64,000 nucleotides of DNA from Anaerolineae bacterium (lineage in GTDB: Bacteria; Chloroflexota; Anaerolineae; Anaerolineales; UBA4823): assembly GCA_003327455.1 (NCBI GenBank), contig QOQU01000008.1:68661-132660 (forward strand). Direction: 5' to 3'. This document shows positions 30,194 through 40,457 of the stretch, one piece after another. Position 1 is the first letter of the stretch. Each line of letters begins with the position of its first letter. The translations under genes were made by a program, and so were the position numbers. Below the pieces are notes generated by a model, which was not told the DNA's origin, did not search any database, and saw nothing but the letters and a program-made list of their open reading frames with translations.

Positions 30194-30697
30194 TTAAGAA
30201 TCCCAGAAGCCGAGATGAACCTGGTGTGCCTCCGCCAAGTCCACCGGTCCGATCACCTCAATCCTTCTTTGTCCTCTTTGAAACACCTCGCGACAGGGCA
30301 AATCAAGGGTTGGATTTTCGGCATGGGCGCCGGTCATCTGACGTAAGTCCGCTTCACTGAGGGCGTAAACCACTTTGCCAATTCCAGCCCAGTAGATCGC
30401 GCCGGCGCACATGGCACAAGGTTCTGTGCTGGTGTAAAGCGTACAGCGTTCCAGGAACTCTACAGGATACTTCCGAGAAGCAGCGCGCACCAGATTGGTT
30501 TCTGCATGGCCGGTACAGTCCCTTTCGGTGACGACACTGTTTTCCGCCTCCAGGAGGATATTCCCCTGATCGTCAACCAACAGCGCTCCAAAGGGGTGGT
30601 TGCCATGTTCTCTGGCTTGTCGAGCTAACTCCACTGCCCGTTGCAGGTAAGGCAGATGTCGATCAAGATCCGGTTCCTCACCTTGATGCTGATTCAT
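30194..30697 (-). CDS. Nucleoside/nucleobase deaminase of the CMP/dCMP (CDA) zinc-binding fold
   Basis: 167 aa with the HAE...PCAMCAGAI zinc signature. It lies immediately upstream of the BMP-type importer on the same strand. Confidence 0.85.
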   Translation of the reverse strand: MNQHQGEEPDLDRHLPYLQRAVELARQAREHGNHPFGALLVDDQGNILLEAENSVVTERDCTGHAETNLVRAASRKYPVEFLERCTLYTSTEPCAMCAGAIYWAGIGKVVYALSEADLRQMTGAHAENPTLDLPCREVFQRGQRRIEVIGPVDLAEAHQVHLGFWDS

Positions 30698-31043
30698 GAC
30701 ACTTGTCCTGGAGAGATCTGGCGAAAAGGCAATTCTACTGTACGCATTATACTATTGAGTGCTTTGAACCCGCTTAGCTTATATCAGGTAGAAAATATCG
30801 GTGGAGAAACGGCAAAATCTTGACAAATCACAGGGATTTTGTGATTGCGCCCTTTTTTCTTCTTTGATAGCAGACTATCTAAGAATATGTTACGAACCCA
30901 AGAAGCTCATTCCGATTCGAGCACCTGTCACGAATTCGTGGATGGTCCCTTCACAACGCCACGGTAGGGAGGTATGTTTTTCCCAGGCTGCCCAGGTATC
31001 GGGCATTCACTCCACCATTTCAACTACAGGACACCCTTATCCT

Positions 31044-31868
31044 CTATTTAGCAACTGCGACAAAAATCAATTCGAGCTTCACCTCGTCGGCTACACTGGC
31101 AACAAAGGGCACATTGGGAACAACCAGGTTGAAGTCCGAGCGGCGGATTGTGGCAGTGGCACTACCGCTGAGGCGGGTTGGGCTCTCGGCAACCACGGTG
31201 ACTTCAAAGGTTACCGGTTGGGTAACTTCGCGAATCGTCAGATCTCCGGTCAGGCGGAAGGTGTAAGTTTTGCCGACCTCACCGCTGCCGTTCAAGCCTT
31301 CGATGGTTGTAGGCGTAAAGAGAATGTACTCATAAGCATCCGTCTGGAGAATTCGATTGCGAATGGCGGAATTACGACGTTCATCATCGGTCGCAAAGCC
31401 GCGTGCATTAATCTGGATTGGGCTGACTTTGGATTGGGAGAGTTCAACCGTATTGACGACGATTTCGCCTGTGACCAGATTTGTCTCTCCAATGACATCT
31501 TTGGGGCTGCCGCGTAAGATTTCAAAAATCGTGAAGCGCGCCAGAGTCTCCGTCGAAACAATTTGAAAGACGATTTCGTCACCACTCTGGGTTTGAGAGG
31601 CGGAGGAAGTCTGTTCGGGCAGCGGGTAAGGGCTCTCAACCGCTTGTTCCAGTGTAGCTGAAGCTGGCTCGGTTTCGCCTGGGCCCGGGTAAGCGTTCTC
31701 CATCTCTGAAGATGAGGTTTCTGGCTCATTTACTGCAACAGTTATCGGAGCCGCAGGGGTGCTGGGTGGTAAAGTAGGTCCCAGGACAGATTGAACCAGG
31801 GCATAACCAACGATAGTCAGCACAGCAATTGCGAGCAAGAAGAAGATCGTTGTTTTTCGTTTCATCAT
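31044..31868 (-). CDS. YceI-family protein with N-terminal membrane anchor and acidic/Pro-rich linker
   Basis: Start at MMKRKTTIFFLLAIAVLTIV. The C-terminal 170 aa show the YceI pattern (TFRLTGDLTIREVTQPVTF...RSDFN). Confidence 0.8.
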   Translation of the reverse strand: MMKRKTTIFFLLAIAVLTIVGYALVQSVLGPTLPPSTPAAPITVAVNEPETSSSEMENAYPGPGETEPASATLEQAVESPYPLPEQTSSASQTQSGDEIVFQIVSTETLARFTIFEILRGSPKDVIGETNLVTGEIVVNTVELSQSKVSPIQINARGFATDDERRNSAIRNRILQTDAYEYILFTPTTIEGLNGSGEVGKTYTFRLTGDLTIREVTQPVTFEVTVVAESPTRLSGSATATIRRSDFNLVVPNVPFVASVADEVKLELIFVAVAK

Positions 31869-32014
31869 AAACCTTTTAGCCTCGCAGATATATTGGATAT
31901 AATTTGTCATATTGTAATCGCTCAAGCGCGTACAAACGCTTCCCCCTGCCAACTCTCAATAAATATTAATCTTTTTACGCTGCCAAAACTCAATCCGGCA
32001 AGATTGTCTCGGCT

Positions 32015-33478
32015 TTAGCCTGATGGCGACTCCAGATCAATAGATTCTTCGAGATCCCCTTTGCGCCGCCGATAATATTTTCCTTTTTCTTGATACATCA
32101 TGTTGTCTGCCTGGACGATCAACTTCTGGAGGGATAATTCGGAATTGGTGATTGCTCTTCCGATGGACAAACTCAAGGAGGGCGCCTGCGTATGATATTT
32201 GTTGTTCAAGTCCATCAAATTCCGAATCCGTTCAACGAGATGGGCGGTCTTTCGCTCCCCACACCCTGGTAAGAGAATGATAAATTCATCGCCTCCTATG
32301 CGGGCAAGGATGTTGTTCTCATCAATGGCTTTCTGCAAGACTTCTGCAGCGCGCCGAATCAGGTCATCTCCTGCCTGATGACCGTACGTGTCATTGACTG
32401 CTTTCAAGCCATTAATGTCCGCAACGATCACACCGCTTGGATAAACGGGACTCTGTTCCCATTCCCGCAGGGTTTGCTCGAAAAACATGCGGTTATATAA
32501 ACCGGTCAACACATCATGGCTGCCGAGATAACGTAAATAATCCTCAGCTTTCTTGCGCGCTGTAATGTCTTGCAGGGAGACCAGTACCCATTTGAACGTA
32601 TTTTCATAGCCAGGCATAATGCGCACTTCTATATGCACCTGAATCGCTTCCCCATCCAACGCATAGTTAACTCCCTGCCGTTCATAGACAGTAACCCCAT
32701 TCCACAAATCCTCAAGTTCCTTGGCAAAATGAAGGGACATCTCATCGCGGAAAACCCTGTCTAAATTCGCGATCAATTCCTCTTTGCTGCGCGCTTTGAA
32801 TAAGTCAAGCGTTTTTTGGTTGACATTGACAACGCGGATGAGTCCCATACAATGTCTGACAAAATCAGGGTTGCGTGTCAGATAGGGTTGGATTTTCCTG
32901 ATCCCCTGGGCGCGAAGCTGGTCAAGAGCGACTTTGATTCCACTCCAGTCCTCCTCCCAAAGAGAAATCGGAGAATGTTCGAATAGCGCCTGAAAACGGC
33001 GCTCCGCTTCTTTACGTTGGGTTATATCTTCCAGGGTAATCAATACGTGATCCCAACTGTCAAGCGATTGAGGAGCGATCGATAGATGCAGTCGAACCTC
33101 AATCGGGTCTCCTCTCAGGGTATAATTAATTCCCTCCCCCGTCCAATAGGTGTTCCCTTCCCAGAGCGTCAATAACTCTTGCTGAAAATGGATGCGCATC
33201 TGATCGCGAAACACCCTGTCTAGATTTGCCAGCAATTCTTCTTCCGACTGGGCGTGAAACAGCTCTAAAGTTTTGCGGTTTACGCGACGCACAACGATTC
33301 CGTTCATGCAATGATCAATAAACTGCGGATGCGCAGTAAAATAATCCTGCAAAGAGGTAACCCCTTGCGAACGCAAATCATCAAAGGCAACTTTTATGGC
33401 GCTAAAATCTTCTTCCCAAAGGGAAATGGGGGCATATTCAAACATAATCGATTCACTTTCTAAGTAGTTCATGTGCAC
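32015..33478 (-). CDS. Diguanylate cyclase: two tandem PAS-like modules + GGDEF domain
   Basis: RIGGDEFIILLPG active-site motif. Two sensor modules of about 150 aa are clearly duplicated (APISLWEEDFSAIKVAFDDLRSQG / SPISLWEEDWSGIKVALDQLRAQG). Confidence 0.9.
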   Translation of the reverse strand: MHMNYLESESIMFEYAPISLWEEDFSAIKVAFDDLRSQGVTSLQDYFTAHPQFIDHCMNGIVVRRVNRKTLELFHAQSEEELLANLDRVFRDQMRIHFQQELLTLWEGNTYWTGEGINYTLRGDPIEVRLHLSIAPQSLDSWDHVLITLEDITQRKEAERRFQALFEHSPISLWEEDWSGIKVALDQLRAQGIRKIQPYLTRNPDFVRHCMGLIRVVNVNQKTLDLFKARSKEELIANLDRVFRDEMSLHFAKELEDLWNGVTVYERQGVNYALDGEAIQVHIEVRIMPGYENTFKWVLVSLQDITARKKAEDYLRYLGSHDVLTGLYNRMFFEQTLREWEQSPVYPSGVIVADINGLKAVNDTYGHQAGDDLIRRAAEVLQKAIDENNILARIGGDEFIILLPGCGERKTAHLVERIRNLMDLNNKYHTQAPSLSLSIGRAITNSELSLQKLIVQADNMMYQEKGKYYRRRKGDLEESIDLESPSG

Positions 33479-33817
33479 CCTCGTGCTTAACTGATATACG
33501 ATTTTTCGTCATCCTGCATTCGACGGGCGAGCGGTGGGAATGAAGAATGAACCTGAGAGTAAGGGTGAAGATCCACACATTGATTGGGTATTAATCTCTA
33601 AATGGATTATACCCTTTCGACAGGTAGTTTTAATCTGCGAACTTATGAATAGCGTTCATAGACAAATGGCTAAAGGAACTTTGTCATCCATACAGGGAGA
33701 TATTCATATTGAGCCACAGACGAATTGAGAAATTCTGGAACAGGGCAGTTGCTCGAAGAACAAACGCTTTCACTATAAAAGAGAGAGCTGCAGATAAAAT
33801 CCCAGCAATGAATCACT

Positions 33818-34597
33818 TCAAGAAAGATTTTCTAATTGCACCAGCTTCAAGAAAGCTTCATGAATTCGCCCATTATCCGCCAAAACGGTATGCCCCAGGG
33901 GGTCAAACCGTCTCCCATCGATCTGGGTCACCATTCCCCCAGCTTCGCGGACAATACAGGCACCAGCATCAATATCCCAGGGGTGAAGATGTAATTCCCA
34001 ATAGCCATCGATCCGTCCAGCGGCGACATCGCACAGCCCCAGGGCAGCCACCCCACTACAATAAACGGCAAAGGCGTTTTTCACTGCCCGACCCCATTGC
34101 ACAAGGTTATCTCGCTCAGAAGTCCAGGCATCATACGGAAACCCGGAGCCAAGCAATGCTTTATCAATCTGATCAACCTCAGAGACGTGAATAGGCGCTC
34201 CGTTCAAGGTGGCGCCTCTTCCTTTACACGCAGCAAACAATTCACCGGTCATTGGTTGATAAATAACGCCAACCACTGCTTCATCATCGACCACCAAACC
34301 AATGGAGACAGCAAAAACGGGAATGCAACGCACATAGTTGGTTGTACCATCAATCGGATCAACCACCCAATAGCCCGCCTGGCTTTCTTCTCGATGACCT
34401 TCCTCCCCCAGAAAGCCATACTGCGGGAACTCTTTTTGCAAGCGCATGGCAATGATCTGTTCTGTTTGCCCATCCAGCTCGGTTACGACTTCAATAGCGC
34501 TTTTATAGCGCAGGGCATTGGCTTTACCGTAATGCTGTCGTAAAAATTCCCCCGCTTCAAGGGCAGCTTCGATGGCAGCGTTGAGTTCACGATCCAT
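33818..34597 (-). CDS. Inositol monophosphatase family protein
   Basis: 259 aa with WVVDPIDGTTNY and WDIDAG motifs. Confidence 0.9.
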   Translation of the reverse strand: MDRELNAAIEAALEAGEFLRQHYGKANALRYKSAIEVVTELDGQTEQIIAMRLQKEFPQYGFLGEEGHREESQAGYWVVDPIDGTTNYVRCIPVFAVSIGLVVDDEAVVGVIYQPMTGELFAACKGRGATLNGAPIHVSEVDQIDKALLGSGFPYDAWTSERDNLVQWGRAVKNAFAVYCSGVAALGLCDVAAGRIDGYWELHLHPWDIDAGACIVREAGGMVTQIDGRRFDPLGHTVLADNGRIHEAFLKLVQLENLS

Positions 34598-34716
34598 ATT
34601 GTTATCCTGGGCAAGTTATTGGTTTGATGACAAGGCTATTTGTTTTTCATGGTCAAGGGAGTTCCCTCCCTTGAAGCAGTTACAAATAGCAAGCTGTCTG
34701 CCAGCATCGGAGTATT

Positions 34717-35523
34717 TTAATCCATAAATGACCCGCCGTTGACGTTAATGCTTTCCCCGGTGATAAAGTCAGACGCCGCTGAAGCTAAGAACAAAGCCAC
34801 CTTCGCTACATCCTCTGCGGTTTCCAGACGCCCCAGTGGTGTGTCATCGATATAAAGCTGACGAACGTCCTGCGGTTTTACACCTCGCAAATTTGCTTCC
34901 CACTCCACTTCGCGGGCTTGCATACTGGTTGCCACATAGCCGGGACAGATGGCATTCACCGTGATCCCGTGGCGAGCCAACTCGCCGGCCATCGCCTGCG
35001 TCAAGCCCACCACTGCAAACTTGGAGGCGACATAATGCGCCAGAAAGGGGGCATTGCCGCGTTTGCCTGCCATGCTGGCAATGTTGATAATCTTCCCTCT
35101 TAAGCCGCTGGTGGCATCCGGGTTTTGCTTTAGCATCTGGCGTACAACCACTTGCGAACACAAAAAAGAGCCTTTGGCGTTCACATTCATGTTAAAATCC
35201 CAATCTTGCTCGGTAAGATCGACAAAGCGGTTCATCGTGCTTACACCAGCATTATTTACCCAGATATCAATATGTCCCCATCGCTCAACGATCAGATCAA
35301 CCACGGCCTGGCATTCATCCTGGCGGGTTACATCCAGTTTCAGGGCAATGGCCTCCCCGCCGCTTTGCTTGATTTCATTGGCAACGTTATTTGCCCATTC
35401 CCAATTGACATCGGTAACCGCCACGCGACTGCCTGCCTGAGCGAACGCCATTGCAATTGCTTTTCCGATCCCCGAACCGGCGCCGGTGATGCCACTGACT
35501 TTGAGTTGTAATTCTTTGCTCAT
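34717..35523 (-). CDS. SDR-family polyol/sugar dehydrogenase
   Basis: Start at the internal ATG (MSKELQLKVSGITGAGSGIGKA). NNAG and YVASKFA motifs are present. It is the last gene of the sugar-transport block. Confidence 0.88.
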   Translation of the reverse strand: MSKELQLKVSGITGAGSGIGKAIAMAFAQAGSRVAVTDVNWEWANNVANEIKQSGGEAIALKLDVTRQDECQAVVDLIVERWGHIDIWVNNAGVSTMNRFVDLTEQDWDFNMNVNAKGSFLCSQVVVRQMLKQNPDATSGLRGKIINIASMAGKRGNAPFLAHYVASKFAVVGLTQAMAGELARHGITVNAICPGYVATSMQAREVEWEANLRGVKPQDVRQLYIDDTPLGRLETAEDVAKVALFLASAASDFITGESINVNGGSFMD

Positions 35524-35606
35524 CCCAAACCTCACAATGCAATCTGTTTCGATAACCTCCAATAAGGAGCCATTACAAAGATTATAAACCTGCCTGAAAC
35601 GGAAAT

Positions 35607-36527
35607 TCAGGTTGTTTCCGCACTACGCATGATGCGCATCAAGACTAAAGTCAAAAGGATGATTACGACTAGCAAAAGGAAAGACATCGCCGAGCTTTTA
35701 CCCATGTCCAGAAAGACGAAAGCGACCCGATAAATATAATAACTGATCGTTTCGGTAGCAATACCTGGACCGCCGCGCGTCAGGATATACACCAGGTCAT
35801 AAGTCTTGAGGGCTGCAATCATGCGGATCAAGACAGCTACCAGGATCGTTGGCATCATCAAAGGCACTGTGATGAAACGAAATTGCTGAGACGAATTGGC
35901 GCCATCAATCATAGCAGCTTCATATAATTCATCCGGCAAGGAGGTTAAGCCTGCCAGTAAGATCAAGAGGATGAAGGAGGTTTCATGCCATATGTCCACA
36001 ATAATAATGGTGATCATGGCAAGGCGTGGATCGCCCAGCCAGGCTGGTTGAGGTAAACCCATTAAGCCAAGGAAATAATTAATAATCCCCAATTCAGGAT
36101 GCAACAAAAGCCGCCAGATTGTACCCACCGTTATGGGCGGCATGAGCATGGGGATTAACAAAATCAACAAGTATAAATCTCTGCCCCTCAACCGCTTGTT
36201 ATTTAACAATAATGCCAGACCAAAACCAATCAAAAATTCTAAAACCACGACGCTGATCGTCAGGATAATCGTATTGCGGGTTGCCCCTACGAGGAGTTTA
36301 TCGCTGAAAATTTGGGTGTAATTGCCTGGATTGAGCCCCTTGATGCCCCCCTGGCTGAGAACATAATCATGCAAACTCACGTAAAAGGCATAGAGCAGCG
36401 GGAACCCGACGACTAACCAGATGCCAATGAGCGCTGGTAGCACTAGCTGAACCCGCAACCTGCGATCGGAGCGCAGGACCGGAGCAGGAACAGGTTTATT
36501 GCGAGTAGGTTTTACCAGTTCAGCCAT
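35607..36527 (-). CDS. Carbohydrate ABC transporter permease (CUT1, MalF-like)
   Basis: 306 aa with 6 predicted TMs and an EAA-type loop (YEAAMIDGANSSQQFRFITVP). Confidence 0.9.
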   Translation of the reverse strand: MAELVKPTRNKPVPAPVLRSDRRLRVQLVLPALIGIWLVVGFPLLYAFYVSLHDYVLSQGGIKGLNPGNYTQIFSDKLLVGATRNTIILTISVVVLEFLIGFGLALLLNNKRLRGRDLYLLILLIPMLMPPITVGTIWRLLLHPELGIINYFLGLMGLPQPAWLGDPRLAMITIIIVDIWHETSFILLILLAGLTSLPDELYEAAMIDGANSSQQFRFITVPLMMPTILVAVLIRMIAALKTYDLVYILTRGGPGIATETISYYIYRVAFVFLDMGKSSAMSFLLLVVIILLTLVLMRIMRSAETT

Positions 36528-36584
36528 TTGCTTTTGAGAGGAGAGGCGCTCTCCAGGGAATCAGCGCCTCTCCGAAACGATGTC

Positions 36585-37985
36585 TTAATCCACCAATCCC
36601 TTGAGGACTTCCGCGACTTCATTGAGCGCGTCGACTACCGACTTTGAACCGGCAACAGCTTCCGAAATTGCCCGCCCGAGCTCTTCCACAACCTGGGGGC
36701 TGCGACTCATGATGGGGAAGGGTATTGCTTCGCCCACGATTTGTTCAACTTCGCTGTAATGCGGGTATTTCGCCAGCACATCGGCATCCTCAAAGACATC
36801 GGCGCGCGCAGGGGCACCGCCAAGCAAGGCGCGTTCTTTGGCAATTTCGAACGACTCCACCCACTCAATAAACGCCCAGGCTGCTTCCGGGTTGGGAGAA
36901 GAGACCGGAATCGCCCAGCCCCAACCGCCCAACAGACCTTTGCCGCCCGGCACGCGCACCACTTTGCACTTGTCAACCACCTGAGATTTTTCAGGATCGT
37001 TGAGTTGCGGCAGCATCCAGTTAAAGGTAATATAGCTAAAAGCCTGCCCTTGAGCCATCGTGGAGAAGGCTTCGTCAAAGCCATAGGCTGGAGCGCCTGG
37101 AGGGGCAGCGTTCTTCATTGCATCTACGTAGAGGGTCAGTGCTTTGACGCCAGCCTCGTTATTTATAGTGACATTCCAATTTTCATCGTAGATGCGTCCA
37201 CCAGAGCTGTAGAGATAGTTCAGGAACTCCATTGTAGTGGGATCAGGGCGCAGACCCATCATCGATGAGCCATAGAGATCGATTTGACCATCACCGTTGG
37301 TGTCGCGAGTCATGAATTTAGCCAATTCGACGTATTCCTCAGGACTGGCAGGTAGGGTCAGATCTTTGCCGTATTTCTGTTTGTATTCTTCCTGTAAGGC
37401 TGGGTCGTTGAGGAGGTCATCCCGATAGATTAACGCCATGGCGTAGTTATAGAAAGGAATCATATATGTCTTGCCATGTAAACGCCCCACCATCTCAACC
37501 ATCGATGGCAAATAGTCATCGAGGTTGATGGTCTGGCTCTTTGACACCATTTCGTCCAGTTCCATCAGCCAGCCAGCGTTGACAAATTCGCCCACCCAAT
37601 AGTTATCCACCACGATAACATCATACGAACCGGCTCCTTCTGGAGCAGTGAGTTGGGGAACGAGCTTCTCATGCATCAGGGCATAGTTCAACACCTCAAT
37701 GTTGACCGTCATGCCGGTGGCTTCCTGGAATTTGGGCAAAACAGCCTGCACAAACTCGGTATCTGGCACGCCTTCCATCATAATATTGATGGTGACACCC
37801 TCGAACGGCTTTGCAGCAGGGGCTTCAGCGGGCGCGCCGGGCTCCGCAGTTGCGGGCGCTTCGGTGGCGGACGGCACTTCGGGAGCTGTTGGAGCTTCAG
37901 TTGCCTGCGGAGCGCAGGCTCCCAGCAAGATGGCTACGATCACTCCTATGCTCAATATCAGGCGCATCGTTTTCTTACTCATCAT
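36585..37985 (-). CDS. Extracellular solute-binding lipoprotein (CUT1 sugar ABC system)
   Basis: Lipobox LLGAC followed by an Ala/Pro/Glu-rich linker and then a family-1 SBP fold of about 400 aa. Confidence 0.88.
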   Translation of the reverse strand: MMSKKTMRLILSIGVIVAILLGACAPQATEAPTAPEVPSATEAPATAEPGAPAEAPAAKPFEGVTINIMMEGVPDTEFVQAVLPKFQEATGMTVNIEVLNYALMHEKLVPQLTAPEGAGSYDVIVVDNYWVGEFVNAGWLMELDEMVSKSQTINLDDYLPSMVEMVGRLHGKTYMIPFYNYAMALIYRDDLLNDPALQEEYKQKYGKDLTLPASPEEYVELAKFMTRDTNGDGQIDLYGSSMMGLRPDPTTMEFLNYLYSSGGRIYDENWNVTINNEAGVKALTLYVDAMKNAAPPGAPAYGFDEAFSTMAQGQAFSYITFNWMLPQLNDPEKSQVVDKCKVVRVPGGKGLLGGWGWAIPVSSPNPEAAWAFIEWVESFEIAKERALLGGAPARADVFEDADVLAKYPHYSEVEQIVGEAIPFPIMSRSPQVVEELGRAISEAVAGSKSVVDALNEVAEVLKGLVD

Positions 37986-38097
37986 TCTTCTCTCCTTTCT
38001 GGATCATGGTTGGTTTTTTGAACACTCCCAAAAGGGATTCTTACCAATTTTGAGAACTGAATTAGAGTTTTTTCTCGCTGCTTCCTCTCCTTTCAAT

Positions 38098-38949
38098 TTA
38101 TTTGATCGACCCAAATGTCAGGTTACGCACCAGCGACTTTTGGATGACCCACGTCAGGACAATAACCGGCAATATCACTAAAAAGGTGGCTGCTGAGACA
38201 GCCCCAATTTGCACCCCTTGCTGAGTCCATAAACTGGCAATCGCGACCGGCAACGTGCGCGTCTCGCGTCCGGTCAGGATGAGGGCAAACAAAAATTCAT
38301 TCCAATTTAAGATGAAATTGAACACGCCCGCTGCCAGCAAGCCAGGCAGTGAAACCGGAATGGTCACCCTCCAAAAAGCCTGGAGGCGCGAACATCCATC
38401 GATCATGGCGGCTTCTTCAAGGTCAACCGGAATGCTTTGGAAAAAGCCAATCAATATCCAAACGGTGTAGGGGAGATTGAAAGATAAATAAGCCAATACG
38501 AGCCCCAGGCGCGAATCCCACAGATGGAAAATGCGCGCTAACAGGAAAATTGGAATCACCAGCGTAATTGGCGGCAGCATTTGGGTGCTTAGCATGCTCA
38601 GGCGCAAGATCGGATCGCCGGTCTTGAAACGAGCAATCGAATACGCTGCCAAAGCACCTAGAGCTAAGGCAACCAGACTTGCAGCCGTTGAAATAAGGAA
38701 ACTGTTGTAAAAGTACTTCTGGAACGGGTATTTTTCAAAGATGATTCGGTAATTCTCCAGGGTAGGAGTAAAAAACCACACCGGCGGGATCTTATAAGCA
38801 ATCAGGCGATTGGCAAAGGAGGTCCGCATCACCCAAAGGATCGGCAGTAAGATGATTAAAGACGCTCCCGTCAGGATCAGATGACTGATCAATAATCCCA
38901 GATTACGCCGTAACCAACTCAAAACTTTCATTGCTACTGTTCCAATCAT
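38098..38949 (-). CDS. Carbohydrate ABC transporter permease (CUT1, MalG-like)
   Basis: 283 aa with an EAA loop (LEEAAMIDGCSRLQAFWRVTIP). Its ATG overlaps the kinase stop (ATGA). Confidence 0.9.
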   Translation of the reverse strand: MIGTVAMKVLSWLRRNLGLLISHLILTGASLIILLPILWVMRTSFANRLIAYKIPPVWFFTPTLENYRIIFEKYPFQKYFYNSFLISTAASLVALALGALAAYSIARFKTGDPILRLSMLSTQMLPPITLVIPIFLLARIFHLWDSRLGLVLAYLSFNLPYTVWILIGFFQSIPVDLEEAAMIDGCSRLQAFWRVTIPVSLPGLLAAGVFNFILNWNEFLFALILTGRETRTLPVAIASLWTQQGVQIGAVSAATFLVILPVIVLTWVIQKSLVRNLTFGSIK

Positions 38950-40457
38950 TCCTGATCCGCAATCCCTTCGATCTTCGCCAGCATGCGAAAGTGGCTTTTG
39001 TTGGACTCATAGAGCTGGCGATATAAGGCAAAGCGTTGCTGATATTGTGCGTGTTCCTCCAGGCGCGGTTGGGTAACATGACTGATGGTGATATATCTTT
39101 CGATCTCCGACCAACTCGTAAATGCCCCAATTCCCATGCCGGCAACGAATGCAGCCCCAAGAGAAGAGCCGGGATGGTGAGCAACCTCCTCGAGCGGATA
39201 ACCAATCACATCTGCGGTCACCTGACGCCATAGCTGGCTCTTTGCTCCGCCGTTAGCAACCCGCACGCGATAGATCTCCCAACCGCGCTCTTTCATGACC
39301 TGAATATGGTGGAGGAACCCAAAGGAAATGCCTTCCAAAATAGCATGGTACAGGTGAGCGCGGGTGTGCTGCAAGGTCAACCCAAAGAACATTCCGCGCG
39401 CCAGAGGGTCAAAGATGGGAGTTTTTTCGCCAATGAAGTAGGGCAATAAGATCAATCCATCCGAACCGGGACGAATGCCTTCCGCTTCGCGGTCCAGATC
39501 GGGATAATCTAACTCAGGGGCAAATTGATTGCGGAACCATTTGATGATCGAACCACTGGAAGCCATGCAACCATTGATCAGGTATAATCCTGGGATCACA
39601 TGATAATCCAAAAAGAGTCGCTCGTCGATGGCAAGGTGATCAATCGAATACAAGATATCGCCTGCTCCGCCTAGCTTGACCAATAAATCGCCGTTTTCCT
39701 TCAAACCTACCGAGAAAGCCGAAGCAACGTGATCAGCACTGCCCGCGACAACGGGTGTACCTTCTAGCAGGCCGGTTTGGCGCGCAGCCTCAGCGCTGAC
39801 TTTCCCAATGACATCGCTTGGGGCGTGAACGGGGGGCAATTGATCGCGACGGATACGGCTCAGCGATAACAAATCGTCATCCCAATCGCGACGATGAAGG
39901 TCAAACAAACCGCTTTCCAGAGCCCAGTTTTGCTCCAGGGTGGGCTGACCGGTCAAACGGAAGTTGATATAGTCATACGATCCCATGACCTGCCATGTTT
40001 TGGCAAAACGGTCTGGTTCATTCTTCGCTAACCAGAGCAATTTAGGCCCGATACTTTGTTGGGTAATCGCAGAACCTGTCTTATAAAAGACTTCTTTTTC
40101 GTTGAGCCGGGACTTGAAGAAATCGATCTCGACATGCGAGCGAGCGTCGTTCTGCTGGATGGAATTGCGCAGGGGTAAACCATCTTTCCCAACCAGAATG
40201 ATGGTCGGCACCATACCGCTCACCCCCACCGCCAGCACCTGTTTGGGATCAACCTGCGCCTGTTGCAAACAAAGCGGAACGCCCTGGCAGAGGTTTTGCC
40301 ACCACTGCAGGGCATCTTCCTCAGCGAAATTGGGCTGTGGGCTGTATAACGAGGCAGGGAGAGAAACCTCCCCCTGCAACTTGCCATCCAGATCAATCAA
40401 AATAATCTTTGTCGCCGTTGTTCCAATATCGATACCGAGCAAAGAGGGTTTACTCAT
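38946..40457 (-). CDS. FGGY-family carbohydrate kinase
   Basis: Start at MSKPSLLGIDIGTTATK (ATGA overlap with the deoR stop). GGAGD and GGAKS motifs are present. Confidence 0.88.
   Translation of the reverse strand: MSKPSLLGIDIGTTATKIILIDLDGKLQGEVSLPASLYSPQPNFAEEDALQWWQNLCQGVPLCLQQAQVDPKQVLAVGVSGMVPTIILVGKDGLPLRNSIQQNDARSHVEIDFFKSRLNEKEVFYKTGSAITQQSIGPKLLWLAKNEPDRFAKTWQVMGSYDYINFRLTGQPTLEQNWALESGLFDLHRRDWDDDLLSLSRIRRDQLPPVHAPSDVIGKVSAEAARQTGLLEGTPVVAGSADHVASAFSVGLKENGDLLVKLGGAGDILYSIDHLAIDERLFLDYHVIPGLYLINGCMASSGSIIKWFRNQFAPELDYPDLDREAEGIRPGSDGLILLPYFIGEKTPIFDPLARGMFFGLTLQHTRAHLYHAILEGISFGFLHHIQVMKERGWEIYRVRVANGGAKSQLWRQVTADVIGYPLEEVAHHPGSSLGAAFVAGMGIGAFTSWSEIERYITISHVTQPRLEEHAQYQQRFALYRQLYESNKSHFRMLAKIEGIADQE

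Noticed and set aside
30801-31517. 238-aa plus-strand ORF
   Set aside because: It lies antisense to the yceI-family gene and the upstream spacer. It has no domain signature, and the opposite-strand frame has a clear YceI match.
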